Part shown: piece after piece, positions 18,687-27,392 of the stretch
Layout of the letters: the number at the start of each line of letters is the position of its first letter
Numbering within the stretch: position 1 is the stretch's first letter
Assembly (NCBI GenBank): GCA_965552055.1
Contig: CBEVQO010000001.1
Coordinates: 352,001 to 416,000 of the forward strand
DNA length: 64,000 bases
Source of the DNA: an uncultured bacterium
GTDB lineage: Bacteria; Hydrothermota; UBA3073; NMUJ01; CBEVQO01
Direction of reading: 5' to 3'
The notes under the pieces: generated by a model
What the model was told of the DNA's origin: nothing
Database searches by the model: none
The model's input: the letters and a program-made list of their open reading frames with translations, nothing else
Position numbers and translations under genes: made by a program

Positions 18687-20567
18687 ATGAGGGTTGAAGA
18701 AAAAATTAAAGAAAGAAGAAAAAGTGAAAGAGAAGGAAAGGAGCTTCAATTTACTGGTAATTGGTTTATTGACGCAGGGATTTTAGGATTTGTAAATTTA
18801 ATGGAAGAAGTTTATGAGTGGGATTTAGATGAATTACAAGATAAACTTAAAGATGATTCTGAAATTGTGTATTATGCTTACTTTCCATTCGCATATTTTT
18901 ATAAACTTTCCGGGAAAGAAAACAAAGCTATTAAGGAAAAATTTATTAAATTTATTACTAAGAACCAAAATTTGAATGGCGAAAAAATTTTAGAAGAAAT
19001 TTGGTGGAATTTTATTACCAAACTTTTTAAAGAAAGATGGACAAGAGAGAGATTAGAAAAAATGCATGAATCAGAGTGCTTTCAGAAAAATGGAAAGCTA
19101 AACTCTTTATTTAACGACGAAACATACATAAATTTAGTGAAGGATAGAGAAAAGATGTTAAATGAATTAGTAACAAATGAAGAAGAAAATCTTAAAAAAA
19201 TCTTGGAAAAACGAAAGTTAAAAAATAAAAAAGGGCATAACTTATCTCTTAAGGATATTGAAGCAATAGAAAAAAGGTTAAAAGAATTCACAAAAAACAA
19301 CAAATTCTACGAAATTGCTAATAAAGTTATAAAAAAGCATAAAGAACTTGAAAAATATTTAAATGAATGCTGGAATAAAATAAATCCAGAGAAAATTTGC
19401 GAAGAAAAATTTTATAGAATCCCTGTTGATAGTCGTTTTTTTAAAAACTTTGCATTTTTTAACCCTTCAAAAGGAATCCTTAGTCAATTAAAAGAATTGA
19501 AAAATCTTATTGCAGGTAATACAGAAAGTAAAAGTTTACAGACACTTAATAAAGATATCAATAAATTTTTGCCTTCAGATAATAAATTCCCAAATATTTC
19601 TTATACACCTTTACGAACCAAAGAACTTGTGAAACGCATTCCTCATTTGTTTGTTTATTTGATTAATTTCTTGAACGCTTTTACGGAAATAAAAATGAAA
19701 AATGATACCATGAAAGTTTTCTTCTATAGCAATGATTTGCGTTTCGCTTACCTTGTGAATAAAAAAATAAAAGAATACATGAACAGAGTTAAGGGGCGTA
19801 ATTATTCAATTATATTAAATGTAACTTGGAACGCAGTAATAGATACTTTTACCGAAACCGAGTCAATTTGGAGTTTAGAAAACATGTATTTAATAAAATA
19901 CAAAAAAATAGAAAAACAAGATTTAATCGGAGTAGAATACATTGGAATCCCAAAGCTTCAAGCTAGTGTGATAAAAGACGAGGTACTTAGAAAACATTTA
20001 AATGTAGAACTCCCTGTAAAAGTATCTAATAATGAGAAACAAAGTATATGGATGCTCATGGAATTTATAAAAAATAATCCCTTATTACCCTATCTTACGC
20101 AGTATGTGCATATTTACTTAACTGATAAAATAGAAGAAGATAGATGTCCGGTAGGTTCGCTTGTTTATATAAATATGACAGACTCTAAAATAAAAGAATT
20201 TAAAAGAGATGAAAAAGTATTCAGCGAAAATTTCTTTGAAAGATATAAACAAATTGTAGAAGAAATAAAAAGTGATGCCAAATGGAGTTTTGGCATAAGA
20301 AAAATTTTCGCTGAACTATTTGAAAATTTAGATGAAAGAAAAAGATATGCAAATCTTTTATTAAACATAATTAAGAAAGGCAACAAGTATCATTTTGTAA
20401 ATACATTGTTAAAGATCTTTACTGCAAAGAAGGATAAAAATATAGATATCAAAAAATTAATTAATTTCACTTTTAATAAAATTCTCTTTAATGACACAAG
20501 CTGGAAAAATTATGCTTTTATTTTTATCACTGGTTTGTTAAAAGGAGGGGAAGATGAGGGAAAATGA
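18687..20567 (+). CDS. cas8: Type I Cascade large subunit (Cas8b1/Cst1-like, divergent)
   Basis: N-terminal FTGNWFIDAGILGF motif, position between cas6 and cas7, C-terminal YAFIFITGL. Confidence 0.75.
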   Translation: MRVEEKIKERRKSEREGKELQFTGNWFIDAGILGFVNLMEEVYEWDLDELQDKLKDDSEIVYYAYFPFAYFYKLSGKENKAIKEKFIKFITKNQNLNGEKILEEIWWNFITKLFKERWTRERLEKMHESECFQKNGKLNSLFNDETYINLVKDREKMLNELVTNEEENLKKILEKRKLKNKKGHNLSLKDIEAIEKRLKEFTKNNKFYEIANKVIKKHKELEKYLNECWNKINPEKICEEKFYRIPVDSRFFKNFAFFNPSKGILSQLKELKNLIAGNTESKSLQTLNKDINKFLPSDNKFPNISYTPLRTKELVKRIPHLFVYLINFLNAFTEIKMKNDTMKVFFYSNDLRFAYLVNKKIKEYMNRVKGRNYSIILNVTWNAVIDTFTETESIWSLENMYLIKYKKIEKQDLIGVEYIGIPKLQASVIKDEVLRKHLNVELPVKVSNNEKQSIWMLMEFIKNNPLLPYLTQYVHIYLTDKIEEDRCPVGSLVYINMTDSKIKEFKRDEKVFSENFFERYKQIVEEIKSDAKWSFGIRKIFAELFENLDERKRYANLLLNIIKKGNKYHFVNTLLKIFTAKKDKNIDIKKLINFTFNKILFNDTSWKNYAFIFITGLLKGGEDEGK

Positions 20568-20907
20568 AATAATTACACCTATAAAACAAAAAGATTTAAA
20601 GGAAATATGGGAATTGACAAAGAAAACTTTTAGTAAAATAGGCACCGAACATTCGAGACAGAGGCTAATTTATGATTTACTTAACGCTTTGAGAACCCAT
20701 AATAGAAAAAAGTTCATAGAGTTGATTCTTAGGAAAATAAACACACTTAAATCGGAAGACAAAAATAATAAAATTAAACTTATGAATCGTCTTAGTAATG
20801 TTTATATTGAATATGACACAACCGAAAATTTTGAAAAAATGGCATATACTATTATAATGGGGATAATGAGCGTTGAAAGTGAAGAAAAAGGAGGGAAAAA
20901 TGAGTAA
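20554..20907 (+). CDS. Stand-alone Cascade small subunit (Cas11-like)
   Basis: 117-aa helical protein with its own GGAGG SD. Ends FEKMAYTIIMGI, resembling the Cas8 C-terminal domain. Confidence 0.6.
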   Translation: MRENEIITPIKQKDLKEIWELTKKTFSKIGTEHSRQRLIYDLLNALRTHNRKKFIELILRKINTLKSEDKNNKIKLMNRLSNVYIEYDTTENFEKMAYTIIMGIMSVESEEKGGKNE

Positions 20908-21979
20908 CGAAGGAATAAATAAAACAAAGATAAAATTTATAACAATGGATATTGTATTTTATGGAAGCTCGTTAAACTACGATTGGGGAGAAACGAATTA
21001 TCAGGAACTTAAAAAGGTAACAAAATGGGACGGAAGACAGTATGTTTTGGTAAGCAGATACGCTCTTAGATATAGTATATTACATTGGGCAAATAAGCTA
21101 TTCCCAGATGAGTGGAAATTGGCAGGACAAGATGTATTGATAGCCCCAAAAGAAGGTGTAGCAAGGTTGAAAAGTAAAGAAGAAGTAAATAAAGAAAATA
21201 AAGAATATAAAAACTTCCTTAAAGAAGTTTTCGAGAAATACCCGGAATTTGACTTGTTCGGCTTTATGGTAGCCAAAGAAAAAGAAAAAGGCAAAGAAGG
21301 AGAACAAGCTTTGACGAGAGTCTCTCCTGTGAAAATAAGTCATGCGATTTCTTTAACTCCAACGAATCTCGACACTCATACTATGGCAAATTTAGATATG
21401 GTTAGAAGAGCGGGAGGTAAAGGAAGTAACCCCGTTGGAATCGAAGAAAAAACAGATTTTTATGTGTATAACATAACCATAGATGTTGAAAGAATAGGTA
21501 AATATCTTAAAAGCGAGCATGGTGATAAAAATATTAAAGAAGATATTAAAATCGACGAAGATAAAGCCAAAAAGAGAATTATTCAGCTGATCGAAACAGT
21601 TCTGAACTTGAAAAGAGATATAAAAGGCAGGAGAGAAGATTTATCGCCTTGGCTTGTTATTTTGGGTATATATGAAGATGGTAGATATGAAACTTTCGTT
21701 GATAAAATAAGGTTAGAAAGGAAATCGCACTATAAAGTTAAAAGGACACACCGGAAAGAGGGAGATACTGAGATAATCGAAAATGAGATTGAGGAAGGGT
21801 TAATGCCGCTTTTTATCATTGATCTCCCACCCGCGAGAAAAAACTTATGGATATATTACAGAAAAGGATTTTGCGATTATGAACCTAAAATTGCTCAAGA
21901 CCTAGAGCTTACAAAGAAGGAAAAAATAATAGAAATTATAGAAAATAAACTTCAAATAAAAAATCAAAGAAAAAAATAA
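20900..21979 (+). CDS. cas7: Cas7 (Cst2/DevR family)
   Basis: SLNYDWGETNYQELKK, VSRYALRY, DLFGFM, TRVSPVKISHAISL. Confidence 0.9.
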   Translation: MSNEGINKTKIKFITMDIVFYGSSLNYDWGETNYQELKKVTKWDGRQYVLVSRYALRYSILHWANKLFPDEWKLAGQDVLIAPKEGVARLKSKEEVNKENKEYKNFLKEVFEKYPEFDLFGFMVAKEKEKGKEGEQALTRVSPVKISHAISLTPTNLDTHTMANLDMVRRAGGKGSNPVGIEEKTDFYVYNITIDVERIGKYLKSEHGDKNIKEDIKIDEDKAKKRIIQLIETVLNLKRDIKGRREDLSPWLVILGIYEDGRYETFVDKIRLERKSHYKVKRTHRKEGDTEIIENEIEEGLMPLFIIDLPPARKNLWIYYRKGFCDYEPKIAQDLELTKKEKIIEIIENKLQIKNQRKK

Positions 21980-21980
21980 A

Positions 21981-22793
21981 ATGGGAAAAGTGCTTTATAT
22001 CAAGATTTTTCAACCCTTTGCTCAATACAGGAATCCATATACTTTTTATTATGCGCAAACTTATCCTTTACCTCCCAAATCCACAATCATTGGAATGTTA
22101 CAAAATGCAACTAACAGATATTATGATGAAAAATTTTGGAACCTTGAAGTAAGTGTTCATGGAGGGTTTGAGAGTATTTTTTGGAACTATCAACAATTAA
22201 TTAAAGGATTTCCTTATTTGGAGAAAATAGGAGGAAATATTTATTTAACCGGCAAAGATAAACTACTGCTATACGGTAAAGGTAAAAAGTCTCAGCGAAC
22301 TCCTGTGTATCAACAGGAACTATTTAACGGACATTTGCATATTTTCATTAGACTTAAAAAGAGCAAAGATAACGACAATCTCCTTGAGGAAATTAAAGAG
22401 GCTTTAAATAACCCTAAGAAAGTATTATCTTTAGGGAGAAGTGAAGATATAATTTTTATAAGAAAAGTGGAATTTGTTAACAAAGAAAATGTAGAAAAAG
22501 CTAAATCATTTAAATTATTTTACCCAACTTATATTAAACAAAAAAATCTCCAAATAAAAAAGCAAAAATATCCTGTATATTCGGTACCGGTAAAGGTTAT
22601 ATTTAAAAACAAAGGAATTCCAATAAAAAATAAATCTGAGATTTCGAAAAATACCGAAAGAGAAGTCGAATACGAAGTTGTGATATACACAGGGTTCGAT
22701 TATACTATAACCTTGAAAGAACCTAAAGAAATCGAGGAATTTAACATAGATGGATTAAGATTTAGAATAATTAAGGATTTCGGATGGTTATGA
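21981..22793 (+). CDS. cas5: Cas5
   Basis: FAQYRNP...TYPLPPKSTIIGML, LSLGRSED. Confidence 0.92.
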   Translation: MGKVLYIKIFQPFAQYRNPYTFYYAQTYPLPPKSTIIGMLQNATNRYYDEKFWNLEVSVHGGFESIFWNYQQLIKGFPYLEKIGGNIYLTGKDKLLLYGKGKKSQRTPVYQQELFNGHLHIFIRLKKSKDNDNLLEEIKEALNNPKKVLSLGRSEDIIFIRKVEFVNKENVEKAKSFKLFYPTYIKQKNLQIKKQKYPVYSVPVKVIFKNKGIPIKNKSEISKNTEREVEYEVVIYTGFDYTITLKEPKEIEEFNIDGLRFRIIKDFGWL

Positions 22794-25492
22794 ATTTGGA
22801 TTTATTGGAAATGTTAAGAGCCAAATCTGAAGGTGCTAATCTCTTTTTAAAGGATCATTTGCTCGAAACTTTAAAAAGAGTGAAGAAATTAAAAGATTTT
22901 ATAAAAAATAATAAAATAAAAATAGAAAATGCCGACAAATTTTTTGATAATTTAGCTCTCGCAGCTATTATCCACGATTTGGGTAAAATTAGCTATAAGT
23001 TTCAAAAAGAAATGTATAAGAAAGATGAAAGCGAATGGGAAAAAATAGAGAAATTCTTATCCCCTTTAAAGAAAGCCAAAGTACGCCATGAAATTCTTTC
23101 AGCAATTTGGGCTTCAATTTTACTTCAAGATAATGATGAATGGTCAAGGAAGATAAGAACAGCTGTATTATTGCATCACCGCAATGACTTCGTCAAAGAA
23201 GATAAAGAAATAAATTTAGCTGAAATCGTTGGAGAATACGAAGACGATGTTAAAAAATATGTAGAATTTATCTGCAATAATTGGGATAATTTAAAAAAAT
23301 TTTTTGATGATTTAATTTCATACTTTGAAAAAGGAAATATAAAATTTAAATCCTTAGAAACCTTTAAGAATAATTTGGAAAATTTAAAAGAAAGGGCAAA
23401 CGAGCTATTAAAAGTAATAAATAACGGTATTGGCTATCTTGAATTTGCTGAATTTTATGAAGCAAATAATTATAATCCTGATTATAACTTTTTATTTTTT
23501 ATGGGATGCCTAAGAAGATGCGATCACTCATCTAGTGCTGATGTCGATATCGAGAAAAACATAAAATTAGAAGATTTTTACAATGAAATGGAAAAGAATA
23601 TAAAACAAGAAATAAAGGCTCAAGGAAAGGAAATTTGGCAAGAAAAATTGTTAAAAAATGTTGGCAAAGAGTCAATAGTTCTAATAGCACCCACAGGTGC
23701 CGGAAAAACTGAATTTGCTCTACTATGGGCTAAGAATATAGGTAAAAAACTCATTTACACTTTACCCTTAAGAGTAGCCTTAAATGATCTTTATAAAAGA
23801 TTCATTAATTACATGTCTAGCAAAGATGAAAATGTGGGATTACTTCATTCTACTGCATTTATGGAATATGAGATTAAAAAAGAAGATTTGCTTCTTGAAG
23901 CAGAAATTGAATCAGAAAAAGAAATTACAAATGAAATTGAGAAAAAGATGTTAACGGCAAGGCTCCTTTCATATCCATTAATGCTTTCTACTCCCGATCA
24001 AGTTTTTCTTACTTCACTTAACTATTACGGTTCTGACATCATTATCTCAATTTATCCGCTATCAGCTTTTGTTGTCGATGAAATACAAACATATACTCCA
24101 ACGATGGCCGCTGTAATCATAAAAACTCTACAAATCATTAAAAACCTTGACGGAAAAATACTTGTGATGACTGCTACATTGCCGCCTTATTTTGAGCCTT
24201 TCTTTTTTGAAGATGCAAAATATATTGAAGAAATTAATGAAAGTAACCAAAAAATTTTATCTCAATATCGCTTAAATTTACAAAAAATAGATACGAAAGA
24301 TATGAAAAAAGAAGTTAGGAATTATGAATTAAAAAGACATAAAATTAAAATTGTTGAAAATAGCTTAATAGATGATTTAAAGGGTGACTTAAAAGTAAAC
24401 GAAAAAATTTTAGAAAATTGCTTAACTGAACTTAAAAATTCTGGCAAAAGAAACATCCTTATTGTTGTAAATAATGTAAGTAAAGCAATCAAAATTTATG
24501 AGTACTTAAAAAAGAAGTTTAATAAAAATATATTTCTACTTCACTCACGATTAATTGAAAAAGAGAAAGACAGGCGAATTCAATTGGTTAAAAAGCTCAT
24601 CAATAAATCCAAATCAAATAAAGATATAGAAGACATTGAAAAATTACGCTTAAAAAACGAAAATATTGATGTTAATTCTCCAACTATTGTTGTTGCAACC
24701 CAAATAATCGAAGCTTCTGTTGACTTCGATTTTGACGGTATGATAACCGAAATTTCACCGATTGATAGTCAAATACAAAGGTGGGGTAGGGTTTATAGAA
24801 ACCCAGAAAGAAGAGGCAATAAAGATTATAGTGAAGAACAACCCAATATTTATATTTCCACCGTAATCGATAAAAGAACAAAAGGTATTTACCGTGGAAA
24901 AATAATGAAGAAAATTCTGGAGGAAACTGTAAATGTTTTAAAACAATTTCAAAATACATTTTTAAATTATGAGGAAGAAAGAAGAATGATAGAAGAAGTC
25001 TTTGAGAAGAAAATTAACGGAAAAACTTTAAAAAATCAATTTATAAATGAAATATGTGAAACCTTAAAGTTTCTTAAGTATTCTTATTTATTTATCAAAG
25101 AAGAAACTGATGCAAGAAAACTTTTCAGGGAAATCACTTCATTTCAAGTCGTAATTCCAAAAATTATGGAACTTTACGGTCAAGAAAATCATAAAAATCT
25201 CGCTAAATTTATCGGTAAGTCTGAAAACAGATGTTTATCATGGAAAGAACTTGAAAAAGAAATGAAAATGGATAAGTGGGAAATAAAGAAAATCTTGTAT
25301 CTGTATTCTATAAATGTTCCTTTTTTCTACTTTACAAATTTGAAACTTCAAGGAAAATTGAGCGAGTTCAAAGGACTTTATGTATTAGATGTAAACGAAG
25401 AAGACGCGAAAATAATTTATGAATTCGGATTAGATAGATTTATGAAAAAACTTGGAGCCAAAGACGAAGAGGAAGAATTGCAAAAATTCTAA
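22784..25492 (+). CDS. cas3: Cas3 HD nuclease-helicase fusion
   Basis: HDLGK, RHE, LHH, APTGAGKTE, DEIQ, MTAT, ATQIIEASVD, QRWGRVYR. Confidence 0.95.
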   Translation: MVMNLDLLEMLRAKSEGANLFLKDHLLETLKRVKKLKDFIKNNKIKIENADKFFDNLALAAIIHDLGKISYKFQKEMYKKDESEWEKIEKFLSPLKKAKVRHEILSAIWASILLQDNDEWSRKIRTAVLLHHRNDFVKEDKEINLAEIVGEYEDDVKKYVEFICNNWDNLKKFFDDLISYFEKGNIKFKSLETFKNNLENLKERANELLKVINNGIGYLEFAEFYEANNYNPDYNFLFFMGCLRRCDHSSSADVDIEKNIKLEDFYNEMEKNIKQEIKAQGKEIWQEKLLKNVGKESIVLIAPTGAGKTEFALLWAKNIGKKLIYTLPLRVALNDLYKRFINYMSSKDENVGLLHSTAFMEYEIKKEDLLLEAEIESEKEITNEIEKKMLTARLLSYPLMLSTPDQVFLTSLNYYGSDIIISIYPLSAFVVDEIQTYTPTMAAVIIKTLQIIKNLDGKILVMTATLPPYFEPFFFEDAKYIEEINESNQKILSQYRLNLQKIDTKDMKKEVRNYELKRHKIKIVENSLIDDLKGDLKVNEKILENCLTELKNSGKRNILIVVNNVSKAIKIYEYLKKKFNKNIFLLHSRLIEKEKDRRIQLVKKLINKSKSNKDIEDIEKLRLKNENIDVNSPTIVVATQIIEASVDFDFDGMITEISPIDSQIQRWGRVYRNPERRGNKDYSEEQPNIYISTVIDKRTKGIYRGKIMKKILEETVNVLKQFQNTFLNYEEERRMIEEVFEKKINGKTLKNQFINEICETLKFLKYSYLFIKEETDARKLFREITSFQVVIPKIMELYGQENHKNLAKFIGKSENRCLSWKELEKEMKMDKWEIKKILYLYSINVPFFYFTNLKLQGKLSEFKGLYVLDVNEEDAKIIYEFGLDRFMKKLGAKDEEEELQKF

Positions 25493-25513
25493 TAAATTTC
25501 CTATCCGAATAAA

Positions 25514-26008
25514 ATGATTAGTGTGACAGGTACCATCCTAAACGCCTTTCTCATCTGTCCGAGAAAAGCATGGCTATTGGCAAGGGAACTATCTCCTGAC
25601 CCAGATAACGAACTAATACAACTCGGTAAACTAATCGCAGACGAAACTTTCAAAGATAAAAGAAAAGAAATTATCTTAGAAAATATAAAAATAGACCTTA
25701 TTGAAACCAAAAAGGGAAAATTAATAGTGGGAGAAATTAAAAAAGCATCCACTTTTATAGAAGCAGCAAAACTGCAACTCGCTTTCTACCTGTGGAAACT
25801 CAAAGAAAAAGATGTCAATGCCGAAGGCGAATTGATAATACCAAAAGAAAGAAAAAGAATCAAAATAGAACTATCTGATGAACTGATAAATAAACTTAAA
25901 AATACCATCTCTGAAGCCGAAAATTTAATAAAAATGGATAAACCGCCAAAACCCGTTAGAAAATCATTCTGTAAAAATTGTGCTTACAAAGAATTGTGCT
26001 TCGCTTAA
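25514..26008 (+). CDS. cas4: Cas4
   Basis: CPRKAWL, KIDL...EIKK, QLAFYL, CKNCAYKELC. Confidence 0.93.
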   Translation: MISVTGTILNAFLICPRKAWLLARELSPDPDNELIQLGKLIADETFKDKRKEIILENIKIDLIETKKGKLIVGEIKKASTFIEAAKLQLAFYLWKLKEKDVNAEGELIIPKERKRIKIELSDELINKLKNTISEAENLIKMDKPPKPVRKSFCKNCAYKELCFA

Positions 26009-26009
26009 A

Positions 26010-26999
26010 ATGAAGTCAATTTACATATTCTCATCAGGAGAAATAAAAAGAAAAGAAAATACAATCTTCATAAACACAGAAGAAGGCAAAAAATTTATAC
26101 CAGTCGAGAACATAAGAGAAATCCTGATATTCGGAGAAGTATCCATCACCAAAAAATGTCTCGAATTATTATCACAAAAAGAAATTTGCGTGCACTTTTT
26201 CAATTATTATGGATATTACACAGGAACTTTTTATCCAAGAGAACATTATAACTCAGGATACATGTTATTAAAACAATGCGAACATTACCTTGATTATCAA
26301 AAAAGATTATATCTCGCAAAAAGATTCGTCGAAGGAGCATTCTTAAACATGTCAAAAGTATTACAATATTACAACAAAAGAGATATAAATCTTGGAGAAG
26401 AAATCGAAAAATTAGAAAATCTGGCATCGAAAATAAAAGATACCCAGAATATTGACGAATTGAGGGCGATAGAAGGAAATATGCGACATCATTACTATCT
26501 TTCTTTTGATAAAATAATATCAAATGAAAATTTCAGATTTAATGTGCGAAGCAGGAGACCGCCACAAAACAGACTTAATGCATTGATAAGTTTTGGCAAC
26601 TCTTTGCTTTATGTGGTGATTTTAAGTGAAATTTACAAAACACATCTCGACCCGAGAATAGGATTTTTGCACGAAACAAATTTCAGAAGATTTACACTAA
26701 ATCTGGATATAGCAGAAATTTTCAAACCGGTAATCGTTGACAGGATAATTTTTACGGTTTTAAATAAAGAAATGATAAGAGAAAACGATTTTGATGAAGA
26801 ACTGAAAGGAATATATTTGAAAAATAAAGGAAGGATAACTTTTATAAAGGAATTCGATAAAAAGCTGGATTCAACAATAAGGCACGAGAAGTTAAAAAGG
26901 AATGTGTCTTACAGGACTCTGATAAGGATGGAGTTGTATAAATTGGAGAAGCATTTTATGGGGGATGAGGATTATTTTCCTTATGTGGCGAGGTGGTGA
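26010..26999 (+). CDS. cas1: Cas1 (type I-B-like)
   Basis: HFFNYYGYYTGTFYPRE, IEG, RRPPQNRLNALISFGN, GFLHE, LDIAEIFKP. Confidence 0.96.
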   Translation: MKSIYIFSSGEIKRKENTIFINTEEGKKFIPVENIREILIFGEVSITKKCLELLSQKEICVHFFNYYGYYTGTFYPREHYNSGYMLLKQCEHYLDYQKRLYLAKRFVEGAFLNMSKVLQYYNKRDINLGEEIEKLENLASKIKDTQNIDELRAIEGNMRHHYYLSFDKIISNENFRFNVRSRRPPQNRLNALISFGNSLLYVVILSEIYKTHLDPRIGFLHETNFRRFTLNLDIAEIFKPVIVDRIIFTVLNKEMIRENDFDEELKGIYLKNKGRITFIKEFDKKLDSTIRHEKLKRNVSYRTLIRMELYKLEKHFMGDEDYFPYVARW

Positions 27000-27263
27000 T
27001 GTATGTGATACTTGTTTACGATATAAATGAAAAGAGGGTGCAAAAAGTATTGAAGACATGCAGGAAATATCTTTACTGGGTACAGAATTCTGTTTTTTGA
27101 AGGAGAGATAACAGGTGCGAAATTTGAGAAGTTGAAGATGGAACTGGGGAAGATAATAAACCCGGATGAGGATTCAATAATATTTTACATTTTCAGGGCG
27201 AAATCCTACACGAGGAGAGAGACAATGGGAGTGATAAAAGGAGGAGAGGCAGAAATAGTGTAG
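26999..27263 (+). pseudogene. cas2: Cas2 with +1 frameshift in a T6 run (inactivated gene or sequence error)
   Basis: MYVILVYDINEKRVQKVLKTCRKYLYWVQNSVF, then TGA. Removing one T at 27093-27098 restores QNSVFEGEIT...DEDSIIFY...IV (87 aa). Confidence 0.88.
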
Positions 27264-27392
27264 TGAAGCGGATTGTCGATCCCCTGGGGTTCCGGGGCTA
27301 TCGGGGGTCGACACAGAATTTTTTCAAAAAATGAGCTTGACAATCTACGAAAATCATTATAAAATAATGAGAAAGAGCTCTTTGAAAAACGA
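27264..27392 (+). promoter_or_regulatory. CRISPR leader with inverted repeat and promoter
   Basis: IR TGTCGATCCCC 27274-27284 / GGGGGTCGACA 27303-27313, TTGACA 27337-27342, TATAAA 27358-27363. Confidence 0.8.
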
